A stretch of DNA of 64,000 nt. Origin: Eledone cirrhosa. Taxonomy: Eukaryota. The notes below the pieces were generated by a model. It saw only the letters and a list, made by a program, of their open reading frames with translations. It was not told the origin of the DNA and ran no database searches. The translations under genes were made by a program, and so were the position numbers. The DNA is taken from the NCBI GenBank assembly GCA_964016885.1, contig OZ024743.1, positions 191,208,001 to 191,272,000 of the forward strand. The letters are read 5' to 3'. Below are positions 40,771 to 56,100 of the stretch, in pieces; positions within the stretch are counted from its first letter, which is position 1; the number at the start of each line of letters is the position of its first letter.

Positions 40771-41095
40771 ATTTTGAGTATATGTTGGTTGTATACCAAC
40801 ACTTCAGTATGCAGATTGGAGCACTCTCCAATCTGCATACTGAAGTGCGCAGGATGGTTTGGTTACTCCGGAGTAATGTAAAATAAAATAAAATAAATAA
40901 GTCAAATGTTTAAAATTTAGCTCCGTTTATTACTGCTATATATATTTCGGTGCAGCCATCTTTGGCTGTGACCTCTTCAGGCAGTCCGAATTAGTGTGGT
41001 ATAGACAAGTACATATGTTGTTGAGGTGTATAACTTTGTCAATACTCTGATATGCCCAGTTCCTGGTTGGGTTGTTATTTCACTGAGGAACTGGG
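40771..41095 (-). mobile_element. Short copy of family E PLE 3' end
   Basis: Matches reverse complement of 63180-63490; internal 22-bp perfect hairpin at 40800-40847. Confidence 0.8.
40932..40985 (-). ncRNA. Type I HHR, family E
   Basis: actgc-CTGAAGA-ggtcacagcc-aaagat-ggctgcacc-GAAA-tatata-TA-gcagt. Confidence 0.75.
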
Positions 41096-41161
41096 TGTGT
41101 GTTTATATATATTTATGTGTGTGTGTCTAAGTACATGTGTCTGTGTATATCTGTATATATA

Positions 41162-41277
<116 letters not shown>

Positions 41278-41360
41278 TATATATACAGATATACACAGAC
41301 ACATGTACATAGACACACACATAAATATATATAAACACACTGTGTATATCTGTATATATA

Positions 41361-41448
<88 letters not shown>

Positions 41449-41609
41449 TATATATACAGATATACACAGACACATGTACATAGACACACACATAAATATA
41501 TATAAACACACACATATATATAAACAGACACACATATATATGGAAATATACAAACACGCACGAATATATATAAGCATGCACACACACACACACACACACA
41601 CATTCTATA

Positions 41610-42285
41610 TCTCACTCCATACCGCACGCTCTCTAACAATTCCCCCTCCCTCATTAAAACAAAAACTCTCCCCATCATTCTATACCAGTACATACCTCAC
41701 TCACTCTTACAATAGACCACACAATTCTCTCCCCCTCATAATATCTCACTACATGCTTCCCTATCTCTCACAATTCTCCCTCTATCACTAAATCAACAAA
41801 TTGTCTCCCCCTCACTCTATAATACTACATATCTCTCTCTCACAAATCCCCCTTTTCTCTAAACCACAAACTCTCTCCACCCACTCTATACCACTACATA
41901 CCACACTCTCTTTCACAATTACCCTTCTCTTACTAGACCACCTAATTCTCACCCGTCTCTATATAGTCCACTACATAACTCACTCTCTTTCACTCTCTTA
42001 ATTCCCCCTCTTTCACTAAACCAACAAGTACTCTCCCGCTCTATATATCCCACTACATACCTCACTCTCGCTCAAAATCGCCCTCTCTCACTAGACCATC
42101 ACATTCTCTCCACTTATCTAAATTCCACTACATAACTCTCTCTCTCTTACTCTCACAGTATTTCCTACTCTCAACGGACATAAAACTCTCACTAGGCTAA
42201 TAAATTCTCACCTCTCTCTATATCCCACTACATACCTCACTCTCTCTCACAAATCTCCCTCTCTCAATAGACCACCAAATTCTCT
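41610..42285. repeat. Degenerate CT-rich minisatellite (unit roughly 60 nt)
   Basis: Recurring ccactacata(c/a)ctcactctct...ctagaccacc..attctc. Confidence 0.65.
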
Positions 42286-43069
42286 ATATATACATACTTC
42301 AAAAACATACATACATATATATGTATGCATATACGTGTGTGCGTGTATGTGTGTATGTATGTTTGTCAATGTGTGTGTATGTATCTGTGTCTGTCTGAGT
42401 GTGTATGGCAGAGTTGTGTTAATATTACATTACCCGTTATACAACGTAGTTTTATTAATTTATTCTGGTTATTTCTCTCTATTTCTGAGAATAAATATAT
42501 AAATTCGCCAGGCTTTACACCGCAAGCATGCGATTCATTGCTGTTAGTGAATTCCAATATAGACTTATCATTCGGACCAGTATAGCTCGAGAAACTGGTG
42601 CACTACTGAAGTATATTTTCTTTTGCCAATGCAAGACCCGCCAGCTCTTCAAGACATGCCATGAATACTTCCTATCCTACCTTGCCTAAACTACAAAAAC
42701 GAAGCTTCAAATATCAGAGGCGTCAGACAGTAAAGCTTGACAACTTCTCTAGCTTCAGTTAATATTAGCAAATATTATCGTTATGTGCAGTTTGTGAAGG
42801 AAATTGTCATGCTAACTTACAATATTAAAACAAAAACTAAAATTAACGTTAATGGAAAGTTCTAACGACATAGCTTCCAGTATTAGATAACATCCCTTTA
42901 TCTTCATAATTCGAATCTAAATCAGGTTTGTTTTGCCTTTCAACCTTTCCTGTTTGATGCAATGTGTACAATTCGGTGAAATTACAACTGACCTCGCTGA
43001 AATTGATTATATACTAAACGACGGGCCCATCATAGAGTACGTCCTATTTATAACTATGAAACCAATAAA

Positions 43070-43290
43070 TGATGATTTCTACTATACACACAAGGCCAGC
43101 AATTTGGAGGGAGGGGAATATTGATTAAAACTACCCCAATGCATTACTGGTGCTTTATTTTATCGACCTGGTAGGGATGAAAGGGAAAGATAACCTCGCC
43201 GGGATTTGAACTCAGAACGTAAAGGGCCGTAACTTTATTCCACGGAGCAGGGTGTCCAATGCTCTACTAATTCTGCCTAACCACCACTAA
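43070..43290 (-). mobile_element. SINE copy (main family)
   Basis: Reverse complement of SINE core and head. Confidence 0.75.
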
Positions 43291-43658
43291 TAACCAATAA
43301 AGAGAAACAAGAAAATTATTCATTTACAAGTAAGTTCATGCTTTACAACAAATTAAGATAAAATATAAGCGGATCAGAACTTCAAAATGCTTCAACACCT
43401 AATGATTAGATATGGTTTGATTAAAATTACTGTTTTAGCTACTTTGAGAAGAAAAACATATTGTATCGAGAAACACAACAGAAAACCACTAGATGATTTT
43501 ACTAATTATGTATTTGGATATACCCTGATACGTTAAACAATTCACAATCGCGTCTCAATATAAGCTGCAATTAGGGCGGAGAACTACACACACGCATACG
43601 CGCACACCCATGTATGTGTATGGTTGCGTGTGCTGTTATGCATATATATATATACATT

Positions 43659-43700
<42 letters not shown>

Positions 43701-43732
43701 CGTGTGTGTGTGTGTACGTGTGTGTGTGTATA

Positions 43733-43763
<31 letters not shown>

Positions 43764-44258
43764 GATTATATATATATATATGTGTGTTTGTGTGCATGCA
43801 TATATATATATATACATATATACATATGTGTTTATATATATATATGTATGTATGTGTGTGTTTGTGTGTATGTATATATATATATATATATACAATATGT
43901 TTATATATATATATATATATGGGGGGGGGGTATATGTATAAGGAAACATCGATTTTTGTTGAATTATATTCAAAGAAAATATACGCTCGAAGAACGTAAG
44001 TAATGAGTCATCACGTTTATGCCTTTCTCGAGGATATTAGTGGCGTAAATAAAATGTATTGGCTTTAGAAGAATATTGAAACTTCATCACGATATGAAAT
44101 TGCTGAGAGATCATATTTGGCTTCTATGGTGGATGTAAAATATTTATTTGATCGAGAAATGCTTCACATTTTCTGTCAATAATGAAATTTCCAAGTACAA
44201 AATCAGAAAATACATTACATTACAGTAACTGATTAAACCTTGTAGACATTTTTTATTT

Positions 44259-44342
<84 letters not shown>

Positions 44343-44348
44343 ACACAT

Positions 44349-44388
<40 letters not shown>

Positions 44389-44446
44389 GTGTATGTGTGT
44401 ATGTATGTAAGTGTGTAAGTGTGTAACATACATATATATATATATT

Positions 44447-44494
<48 letters not shown>

Positions 44495-44498
<4 letters not shown>

Positions 44499-45380
44499 AA
44501 TAAATTATCGAGAATCGGAACTTCGGTCCATGAAATAACGAAACACAATCTTTGAAATGTATGGCAAAGTGCTCAATAGTTCGGATAAACCAGAGCCATA
44601 ACTAACGTTTAATACCAACACACTGAGACGATGCTTAAACAATCATTCGCACAGCCAAAAGTACTACCACGAAAATTTCGGGTCAGACAAATAAAAATAT
44701 ATATGAATGATAAATTTACCCGGACCCCCTGGAAGGATGGTAAATTACAGCATTTGGGTTTCTGCGGCTCCTGAATCAGTTACCGTCAGCCTACATAAAA
44801 AATATCCGGCTTCTGGCAAGATGATGAACAAGGAATCCACTTTTTCAACAGGCGCTTAGTTCAATAATACAAGGGAACCCGTTACTAAATCCACGTGGGG
44901 ACTAGCAAGGGAGGTAACCCTTATATTAGGCGAATGAATTCAGTAGTGTATATTATTGTAAAAATAAAAATATCACAAATCGAATTAGAGTTCTCAACAA
45001 ACGGGTTAAAATTAACATGAGCTATTCATCAGTCAATAGGATCAATTAAAAATCAATAAAATTAACTGATCAATAGCTATAGACTGCAGATAAATACAAA
45101 TAAATTATCGAGAATCGGAACTTCGGCCCATGAAATAACGAAACACAATCTTCTAAATGTATGGCAAAGTGCTCAATATTTCGGATAAACCAGAGCCATA
45201 ACTAACGTTTAATACCAACACACTGAGACGATGCTTAAACAATCATTCGCACAGCCAAAAATACGACCATGAAAATTTCAGGTCAGACAAATAAAAATAT
45301 ATATGAATGAAAAATTTACCCGGACCCCCTGGAAGGATGGTAAATTCCAGCATTTGGGTTTCTGCGGCTCCTTAATCAGT
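44495..45380 (-). mobile_element. Insert with ~285-bp direct repeats (44495-44780 and 45094-45380) between (TA)n, probably a PLE partial tandem
   Basis: Direct repeat read directly; carries the TATTGAGCACTTT motif on the minus strand. Confidence 0.5.
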
Positions 45381-45503
45381 ATATATATTTATGTATATAA
45401 ATGGAAAAAATGAAACGAAATTTCATTTCTCACTCTTAGTACGGCTGTTACTTAAATATAAGTATGTATACGTACACATATATATGTATACATACGTACA
45501 GTA

Positions 45504-45581
<78 letters not shown>

Positions 45582-45586
<5 letters not shown>

Positions 45587-46519
45587 GACAGGGGGAAGAA
45601 AAAATGGCTTCACTTGTGCTTTCAACAAATTTATTTTCTTCACAAAATACAAAAAGTATTTTTTTTCCGGGATTAGAAAAAAAATGTTCTGTTTTTTTTT
45701 AAAATTATTTTATAAATTAAGTTAGGAGTTCTTGGTTAACGTAGGAGGTATTGTTTCGTTTTTAGAACGACCTTTCACGCTGAGGTGCGCTTGTCAAACT
45801 GACGTGTATGTGGTGTGTTGTTCTATATATAGGGATTTAACATGTCTGTGGTGTGGTGGGGGTTTTTTCTCTAGCCCTTTTAATAAGTGTATGGGTGTAG
45901 GTGTGTTGAAAAAGTGTTAATAGCAGTAAAAACCTAATATATTGCGCAACATGTCCACAGTGTAAAGAGTATTAAATTGGGGAAACCGGAACGGGATTAC
46001 ATGATAGAGTCCGGGTACATAAACAACACATTAAAGACCCCACAGTCAGAAATACTACATGTAGCGCACACTTTGCATCATGCGGGAAGGGAAAATTCAC
46101 AATCTTCCCTTTCTTCAAGATATGGTCGGATAACGAACATTTCCGCAGATATAAAGAATTCTTCATTGAAAAATTTAAACCAATACTGAACACGAAAAAA
46201 TGAATTAACACTCGGAGGTAAAATTCCATTTCACTACCCCCCCCCCCTCTTCTTATGTGTACACATGAATATCTGAGTGAACGGTGAGACACACACATAT
46301 GTGTGTGTAGGTATGTATGGATGTATGTACGTGTGGGTATATATGTATGTGGGTGTGTGTATGTGTATGTGTGTATATATATGTATGGATGTGTGTATGT
46401 TTGTATGTGTGTGTGTATATATATATATATATGTGTGTATATGTGTATATATATGTATATATATATATGTATATGTATGTATGTGTATGTTTGTGTATAT
46501 ATATATATATATGTATGTT

Positions 46520-46585
<66 letters not shown>

Positions 46586-46849
46586 TATAGATATATGTTT
46601 ATATGTGTGTGTATGTATATGTATGTATCTATATATATGTGTGTGTGTGTATGTATGTGCATATATGTATATATGTGTGTACATATGTGTATGTTTCTGT
46701 ATGTGTATATGTATGTATGTATGTAGATGTATGTATATATATGTATATATATATATATAGATGTCTGTATATATGTGTCTTTATGTGCTTGTGTGTACAC
46801 ACACATATATATATATATATATGTGTGTATGTATGTGTGTGTATGTATA

Positions 46850-46906
<57 letters not shown>

Positions 46907-47073
46907 ATGTATGTATATGTATGTGTGTATATATGTATGTGTGTATGTATGTACTTGTATGTGTATGTGTATGTGTATGTATGTATATATATATATATGT
47001 GTATATATATATGGATATATGTATGTATGTATATGTGTGTATGTGTCTGTATGTGTTTATGTGTACATATATG

Positions 47074-47132
<59 letters not shown>

Positions 47133-47251
47133 GTATGTGTGTGTGTGTATGCCTCTCTCTATATATATATGTGTATGTGTGTGTGTGTGTATGCATGTAT
47201 GTGCGAACGGAGGTATATATACGGACATATGCATATGTGTGTGTGTGTGTA

Positions 47252-47293
<42 letters not shown>

Positions 47294-48150
47294 CGTGTAT
47301 GGGTATATATCTATATTTAGTTATGTATCTTTATGTGTGTATATGTATGTATATGTATGTATGTATATATATATATACCCATGTGGAGGTATGAGTACAT
47401 ATTCGTGTGTGTACGTATGTGTATGTGTGTTTTTATATGCGTCTTTATATGTTTTTGTGTATGTATGTGGATGTATATGTACATCGGTGTGTGATTGATG
47501 GTGTGTGCCTATATATTCCTACATATGCCCGTGCGTGTATGTACGTATATACGCACATATGTGTGTGTTGAACAAAGGACTAATTTTGGGATGGACGTAG
47601 AAAAATTCTTCAGAAAAAAATAATTTTTTACAAACTTGGCAGGTGCGATTTGCCTGTGACCATTCTCAACACAAAGGAATCCACTGAATAAAGGAATTTT
47701 TCGAGAATGACCGGGGCAGGCCGCACTTGCTACATTTCTCCCCACCCAACTACTCACCGTCTCAACTCATTACTGCTATTAACACTTTTTCAACACACCT
47801 ACACCCATACACTTATTAAAAGGGGGAGAAAAAAAACCCCACCACACCACAGACATGTTAAATCCCTATATATAGAACAACACACCACATACACATAAGT
47901 TTGACAAGCGCACCTCAGCGTGAAAGGTCGTTCTAAAAACGAAACAATACCTCCTACGTTAACCAAGAACCCCTAACTTAATTTATAAAATAATTTTTAT
48001 TTTATTTTATTTTTTTTTTTTTTTTTCTAATCCCGGAAAAAAAATTCTTTTTGTATTTTGTGAAGAAAATAAATTTGTTGAAAGCACAAGTGAAGCCATT
48101 TTCCTCCCCCCTGTCTTAATATACCTAACTGTACCAAGGATTACACACAT
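45582..48150 (+). mobile_element. PLE family F: inverted terminal arms (approx. 45582-45930 and 47768-48119), GIY-YIG remnant, microsatellite-like 3' region
   Basis: 45938-46203 reads [25 protein letters not shown]...[10 protein letters not shown]; arms contain an HHR motif. Confidence 0.8.
47893..47959 (+). ncRNA. HHR motif, family F (U3-A8); inverse copy at 45739-45805
   Basis: TTGACAA-gcgc-acctca-gcgt-GAAA-ggt...acc-TC-ctacg; stem I imperfect. Confidence 0.5.
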
Positions 48151-48317
48151 TTTCCAATATATATATATATATATACATGCACACACATATATATGTACGT
48201 ATGGATTTACCGAACATTTATTATAATGCTCGGTTTGTTTGTAAACAAACATCCCGGATTAAGCCGTACAGTGGTTAGTAACCATCGTTGCCCTTTTGTT
48301 CAACACTGAGAAAGGAA

Positions 48318-48358
48318 CGATGTACTAGTTTCAAGCTTATTAGCTATCGTCAGCACCG
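48318..48358 (-). ncRNA. Minimal type I HHR, family G
   Basis: cggtg-CTGACGA-tagc-taataa-gctt-GAAA-ctag-TA-catcg. Confidence 0.7.
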
Positions 48359-48821
48359 TATACCTTCCTGCCAGATGATTGAACGTCTGAAAGTATATAC
48401 TTTCCTTATGCATATTAACGGCTGAGCAGCCTAAGGGTGAGAAATGAAATTTCGTTTCATTTTTTCCATTTATCGTTTTCGGAGCGCCCAGCCGATTAAC
48501 TCACTCGATATGCAAATTAGGCTGCGTAGCAGAAGAGAAGTAACATAGGAAAGAATGGTATGTCTTAACCACATAGAAACCAAAAGTATACGACATTGAA
48601 ACAAAAATTAAATTCGTTGGAAATGACAAGGGAGGCAGCATAACACTTGTTAAAACATACACAGCCGCAGCATAAATGTAATCTTGCAAATTATACTTTG
48701 AATACCATGCCATGAAAGGTAACACAAATTAACTAATCATATAATCATGATTCTTTTTCTGCAAATGTATTTTGCATAACCTAATTTATTTTCGTTGTGT
48801 TCTGCGAGTGTTTATATATAT

Positions 48822-48899
<78 letters not shown>

Positions 48900-49127
48900 T
48901 ATATAGAGAGAAACACACAGATACATGTGGACACATACATATACATGAATAAATCCACACATATTCCTGTGTTATTGGTGCCTCCGCCACCGTGGTATTT
49001 TTTTTCAGGGTTATAAGGGGCTTAGCTCTGTTTCTTGACCGCTGTATCACGTGATTGACTCTCCCTCCGCCTTTTCGAGATTCTATCCCGCGCATTACAG
49101 ACGTGTTTTGAAATCCTTAATGAGGTA

Positions 49128-49222
49128 TCCCCTTGATAAGTCGGCAGAACCTCACAAAAACTCTATATCTCTATGATCTAGTGTTTTTTGCATAATATGC
49201 CACGAAACTACGTAGTCGGGGA
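49128..49222 (+). ncRNA. Type I HHR, family H (U3-A8, large stem II loop)
   Basis: tcccc-TTGATAA-gtcggca...tgccac-GAAA-ctacgtag-TC-gggga. Confidence 0.7.
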
Positions 49223-49294
49223 CTGAAGAACCAGCTAGGTATGATATATCTTATTACTAATTATATTTAATGTTTCTTCTCTCTTCATAATGTA

Positions 49295-49470
<176 letters not shown>

Positions 49471-49479
49471 CATATATAT

Positions 49480-49531
<52 letters not shown>

Positions 49532-49591
49532 GTTATTCCGGGTTGAATCGGAAGTAACCACAGTAAGTAAGGTACTCAATACATTGCATAC

Positions 49592-49640
49592 GATTCCTGA
49601 TGATTTCTAAAGAATGAAACAGTTCTAGTCCTGTAGAATC
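49592..49640 (+). ncRNA. Type I HHR, family I
   Basis: gattc-CTGATGA-tttc-taaa-gaat-GAAA-cag-ttctagtc-ctg-TA-gaatc. Confidence 0.75.
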
Positions 49641-49651
49641 TCATCTATCTA

Positions 49652-50258
<607 letters not shown>

Positions 50259-50272
50259 ACCTCTCTCTCCCC

Positions 50273-50377
<105 letters not shown>

Positions 50378-50387
50378 AACAAGTAAG

Positions 50388-50481
50388 ACCCCGACGGCTG
50401 AGCTCAAGCCGTTTCGACGACTAATTCTGTACTGAATGAACATTTATTCTGGTATTTAAATAGCCGAACTTATCAAGGGGT
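50388..50481 (-). ncRNA. Type I HHR, family B (U3-A8)
   Basis: acccc-TTGATAA-gttcggcta...tagtcgtc-GAAA-cggct-tgagctc-agccg-TC-ggggt. Confidence 0.72.
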
Positions 50482-51447
50482 AATTCCATATATGGTCAAA
50501 GAGATAATCACCAGGATTGGTCACATCACAAGTTAGTAGTAAATCTGTGATGGCAAGTTGGTGGGGGAAGGGGTAGCTAAACCTGCCGGTAGGAGAAAAA
50601 GGGCGAGGGGGTGGAGTAGACCCATTCATGCGTTGGTAGTGCCAGCTACAGCTGGGTGTGAGGTCAAAGAGGATACTGGGGAGGAGGTCGAAACGGTAAG
50701 TAGAACAATGAAAGGTACTTCGTACGATCTTTCTTGTAGCTTGTTTAAGACTTTTTGTTTCGTGGCGGTACCCTTAGAGTTAGCACTAGTATTTTTTTGC
50801 AGGACCCTGAATTATATTCTCGTACTAGTTTACGTTCTTGCACTGGGTGGTTGCTGGCCCTGTGATTGGGGTAGAAACCTTTATTATTTTCGTGGTAGTC
50901 TCTTTAGTATTCTGCCCCCCTTGTTTACCCGTCACCGTACGATACACGCACTTATACCTCGTATAAGGGTCCCTTTATTCCCGTCCCACCTAGTTTATTT
51001 TTATTATTATTATTTACTTTTTTTATTCTACATTATATATATATATATTTTTTTTAAATTTATTTATCTATTCTTTTATTCACTTATTTGTTTATTTATT
51101 TATTTATGTATTTCTTTAGCCTAGCAATAGCGAGAGACTTATGTCTTAGTAACCAGATTTTGCTTTTTTTTTTTTCTCTCTCAGTACCTTTTATAGTTTT
51201 ACCTTTCATTGTTCTACTTACCGTTTCGACCTCCTCCCCCTACCCCTCCCCAGTAACCTCTTTGACCTCACACCCAGCTGTAACTGGCACTACCAACGCA
51301 TGAATGGGTCTACTCCACCCCCGCTCCCTTTTTCTCCTACCGGCAGGTTTAGCTACCCCTTCCCCCACCAACTTGCCATCACAGATTTACTACTAACTTG
51401 TGATGTGACCAATCCTGGTGATTATCTCTTTGACCATATATGGAATT

Positions 51448-51541
51448 ACCCCTTGATAAGTTCGGCTATTTAAATACGAGAATAAATTTTCATTCAGTAC
51501 AGAATTAGCCGTCGAAATGGCTTGAGCTCAGCCGTCGGGGT
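51448..51541 (+). ncRNA. Type I HHR, family B (U3-A8), opposite arm
   Basis: acccc-TTGATAA-gttcggcta...tagccgtc-GAAA-tggct-tgagctc-agccg-TC-ggggt. Confidence 0.72.
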
Positions 51542-51632
51542 CTTACTTGTTCCTATTACCCACTCTACTACCCTAAGTATTGAGTACTTTGGTGCGTTAT
51601 GGTCCACCTGGTTCCTTACCACATTTCCTTCG

Positions 51633-51685
<53 letters not shown>

Positions 51686-51699
51686 ATATAGTAAGGTGT

Positions 51700-53134
51700 A
51701 TTATTGGTTGTGTCATACGGTCCAATAAACTTTGTTAGCAATATTAAGTTCTCCACGCTTTTGCATATCTCCAATTCCATTTAGGGGAACAGCTAGATGG
51801 TGTAAAATGTGTATCAAAATAAAGACCCTAAGGCATGGTATAAAATTCCAATCATTTTAATCACGGCACATGTTTCAATAAGAGATAGATCGATCGTGTG
51901 GCCATGATCGATTATCACTGAACTCGTCCGGTGAAAATGAATTGTCTTCAAAACCTTGATATGAGGGAACAAATTTAACGATGTTCACTCACTAGAGTTT
52001 TGTCCCCCATATAAGGATTAAGCAGCCAAAACACGCCGACTGCTATCGTCTTCAATTAGGGTCATAAAACTATCAATTCTCTATCCCTCAATAGCTGTAA
52101 AAGGTGCTGGACGGGTCTAAGCTCAACATCAAATCTGTAGAATTACAGTCGGTTACAGTTAGTGTCAGTGAGTACACACACACCCACACACACCGACGTG
52201 GGGTCAAAGAAAAAAATATATATATGTATACCAACATAATATTCACCGAAAGTTAGGTTACAAAACAACAAATGTTATATTGGTCAAATCTCAATTTGAC
52301 GATCTAAATTGGAAAAATTGGATCACGCGCAACCCTATACACATGCAAGTAAATTCGGTACAATGTTCTGCTATACGTGTATCGATTGAATTGTAACAAC
52401 CGTATCACCTAAATAGTGTATGTTTTGGTATAAACACATCCGTATCGTCTAAAAAAGTGTATGTTTTGTTCTTCGCAGTGTATATACCAAAACACACACT
52501 TTTCTAGACGATACCGAGGTGTATATACCAAAACATACACTATTTAGGAGATACGGATGTTACAATTCAATCGATACACGTATAGCAGAACATTGTACCG
52601 AATTTACTTGCATGTGTATAGGATTGCGTTTGACCCAATTTTTCCAATTTACATCGTCAAATTGAGATTTGACCAATATAACATTTGTTGTTTTGTAACC
52701 TAACTTTCGGTGAATACTATGTTGGTATATATATATTTTTTTTTTACCTCGCGTCGGTTTGCGTGAGTGTGTGTACTCACTGACACTAACTGTGACCGAC
52801 TGTAATTCTACAGATTTGATGTTGAGCTTAGACCCGTCCAGCGCCTTTTACAGCTATTGAGAGAGACTTGATAGTTTTATGACCCTAATTGAAGACGATA
52901 GCAGTCGGCGTGTTTTAGCTGCTTCATATGGGGGACAAAACTCTAGTGATGAACATCGTTAAATTGTCTCCCTCATATCAAGGATTTGAAGACAATTCAT
53001 TTTCACCTGACGACATCAATGATAATCGATCTATCTATTATATATCCACACGATCGATCTATCTCTTATTGAAACATGTGTCGTGATTAAAATGATTGGA
53101 ATATTATAGCATGCCTTCGGATCTTTATTTTGAT
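51700..53134 (-). mobile_element. Fold-back insert, family A (arms approx. 51812-52468 and 52488-53134; tail 51700-51811)
   Basis: ~650-bp inverted arms with very short spacer; (TA)n on both sides. Confidence 0.8.
53003..53086 (+). ncRNA. Type I HHR, family A (intact core)
   Basis: tcac-CTGACGA-long stem II-GAAA-catgtg-TC-gtga. Confidence 0.65.
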
Positions 53135-53159
53135 ATATATATATATATATATATTTATT

Positions 53160-53820
53160 TATTTATTAAAATAACAGATTAAAGTTTAAGCAAAGAATCG
53201 ATGCTTTCACCCTTAACGGGATCTTCTGAAACTAGAAAAATCAATCTGTGAACGCAGAAGTAAATACTTCAAAAAACTTTGCAACCGAAGGAGGCAGGAA
53301 GACGATACTTTGGTTCGTGGAAATGTTCCCTGGCAAAGAACGGATAAAGACAAAGATAATACGCCATAATTTGGAGCGGTGAAAACAATGACACACAAAG
53401 TTAAAACCACGTTTATGGTATAAATGAAGTCGTAGACTAATATTCTATTAGGTGGTTCGTGGAATCGTTCTCTGGCAATGAACGGAAAAAACGAAGATAA
53501 TACGTTATTATGTGGAGCGGTGCTAACAATTACACGCAAAGACAAAACCACGTAAATGGTATAACTGAAGTCGTAGACTAAAATTCTATTGGGAAACCGA
53601 ATGATTCCCGGCTTCAGAGTTAAGAATAAAGTAAATAAATTACAGAGGTAATTGAAATTAAATATATACATGCACGCAATCATATACGTACATACACAAG
53701 CATACGCGAAAACAACCGCAATGGGTGTGCCAATACAAGAACGTACACACAAAAAAAAACACGCACGCACATACAGACCCCACGCAATATATATATACAA
53801 TTTTAGGTGAGTCTTCCACA
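53160..53820 (-). mobile_element. Diverged 3' portion of family C PLE
   Basis: Reverse complement aligns with approx. 38900-39495, including HHR-like motif 53183-53233. Confidence 0.75.
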
Positions 53821-55609
53821 CTATGTCCTGTATAAGGTTATTTGTACATTATGCTTTAATTTTCTTTGCTTTACTATTATATATATATATATCTGTGTGT
53901 TTGTGTGTGTGTGTGTGTGTCTGTGTGTGACATAGAAATAGGGGAGGAAGAAAACCAGGTGATAATATATAAAGGTTTTTTGGCTAATTGCATAAAATAT
54001 TAACGCTATATTATCGGTATGATATATCGGTACGACAAAACATATATAAGGTATTTCTTTTACTAAACCTATTGACCATATGTTTGAGGAAATTGCACAA
54101 TTGAATTGCAACGTTGTAAATTTTAAGTATAACTTTACATCGTAAATACTACATAAAACATGTCTCAGCTTCATACATAATTTGTATATATGTATATATT
54201 TTTTTCAGACGATACTGAGATTAGATACCACCGGGGTATTTGACGTGAATAAGCTCCGTTATATTTAGACTGCCGAGATACATTTCATGGTGATGAAGGC
54301 TTTAGTTCTTTATCAACAAAACTCTGAATTCACTGCTACATAATCGATGGATTATCTTTCAATGTCTATCATTTGTAGAAATGTTTGGACTATATTGCAT
54401 TTCTTTGAATAATTTTACTTTGCTCTTCTTATCTAAGCTAAAAGAAGTAAATGATTAAACTTATTCTGAAACATGTGCAACAAACCTAACTCAATAACCG
54501 TGGTTTGAATACTCATTAGCTGGCACAGTAGAGTGTTCTTTAGGAGAAGAATAATTACAAAGCCAGGTTAATTCATACATCAATATATTGACAGAAAATA
54601 TATTGCTCTTACTTTAACAATCTATGTGATCAGAATATATGTTGGTTACAAACGCTTATAACTATGACAAACAGGACTCAGCTATATCAAATAATTTAAA
54701 AGTAATTTGCCATCCCAACGTGTTGGCTGTATAGGTACATTGCAGAATCGACAATTGGTACTGTCTTTTCATTCGGATTTTTCTAATCCTTTGTTAATAT
54801 AAATTGAATAATTTGATTCTGAAAACATGTAATTCAAAATCTTTTGTGAATAGAATATCAGTTTTGCGATGTTATATGTACGAACAAATGCTCTCTCCGT
54901 TCTATTGTCATAGTATCATGTTCTTCTGGCTATTCATACGTTTACTGTTTATATCCGTAGGTCTTTTGATTGAATGCATTAAATTATTTGAAATTTGAGT
55001 CTGTTTAACGCTTACTACATGAAAAGGTTCTGTGAACTTAACTATGCTGAGTTACATCTCAATAAAGAACACATTGTGGCATCAGTGGTACATAAGTCAA
55101 CCTATAGTCCAAATGGAATTTCTGAAATTTATTAAGCCTATTGTTACTGATTTCGTTCGATATAAAACACTTTAATTAATTAAATCTTAGTCAATAACCA
55201 TATATTATAATCTAACTAGTTGCTAATGTGTTGTATCATGTCGGTCTCTAATGCCACAATATCGCACTGCCAAACAGCAGCAAGTTCTCAATATTCCAGA
55301 CTACCTAGATATATGATAAATTTCAACTCTGTAGGCCGTTGATCATTAATCATGGTTTGGTAGGTATCACTGATGCCATGAAATAAATTAAATTGTCATT
55401 AATTGAAATTCATTGTCGATTAACCATGACATAAAAACATGGTAGAAGATCGAACATTCACATTAATTTTGAATTTTGAGAAACTCTGAAAACAACTCTA
55501 ACTCTAAAATATGGCAGTCAAGAGACGAACGGATAATTCCATTGATACATTTTCATTTCAACCATTCTATCATTGTATAATCTATTTATAAAATTATTCC
55601 TTCTATATC

Positions 55610-56100
55610 ATATTGGTTTCTGATATAGACACAAAGCCATCAATTTTGAAGAAGGGAAAGTCGATTAAATCGGCTCCAGTGCATTACCGGTACTTTATTT
55701 TATCAACCCATAATGATGAAAGGCAAAGTTAACCTCGGCACGATTTGATCTCAGACCATAAAGGATGTTGTCCGAAGCCCTACAAATAGTATCAATCCAT
55801 TATATTCAGATAAGTGTCACAGTTTTGCAGAGAACTAGGTAAGGTTGCAGCATTACAATATATCCGAGACGAAGACGTTTAACTCATTAAATACCAATTT
55901 TAATTAACATTTTAATTATGAATAAGTCCTCGCACAGATTACTGCTATAAAAGATGAGATCAAATTCTGCCGAGATTAGTATCGCCTTTCATCCTTACGA
56001 GGTCGAGGAAATAATATACCAGTAATGAACTGGGGTCGATTTAATCGACTTCCCCTTCTCCAAAAATTGTTAACCTTTTGTCTAAATCAGAAACCAATAT
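55610..56100. mobile_element. Two SINE remnants in opposite orientation (approx. 55610-55800 minus, 55955-56100 plus)
   Basis: SINE core motif on each strand. Confidence 0.7.
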
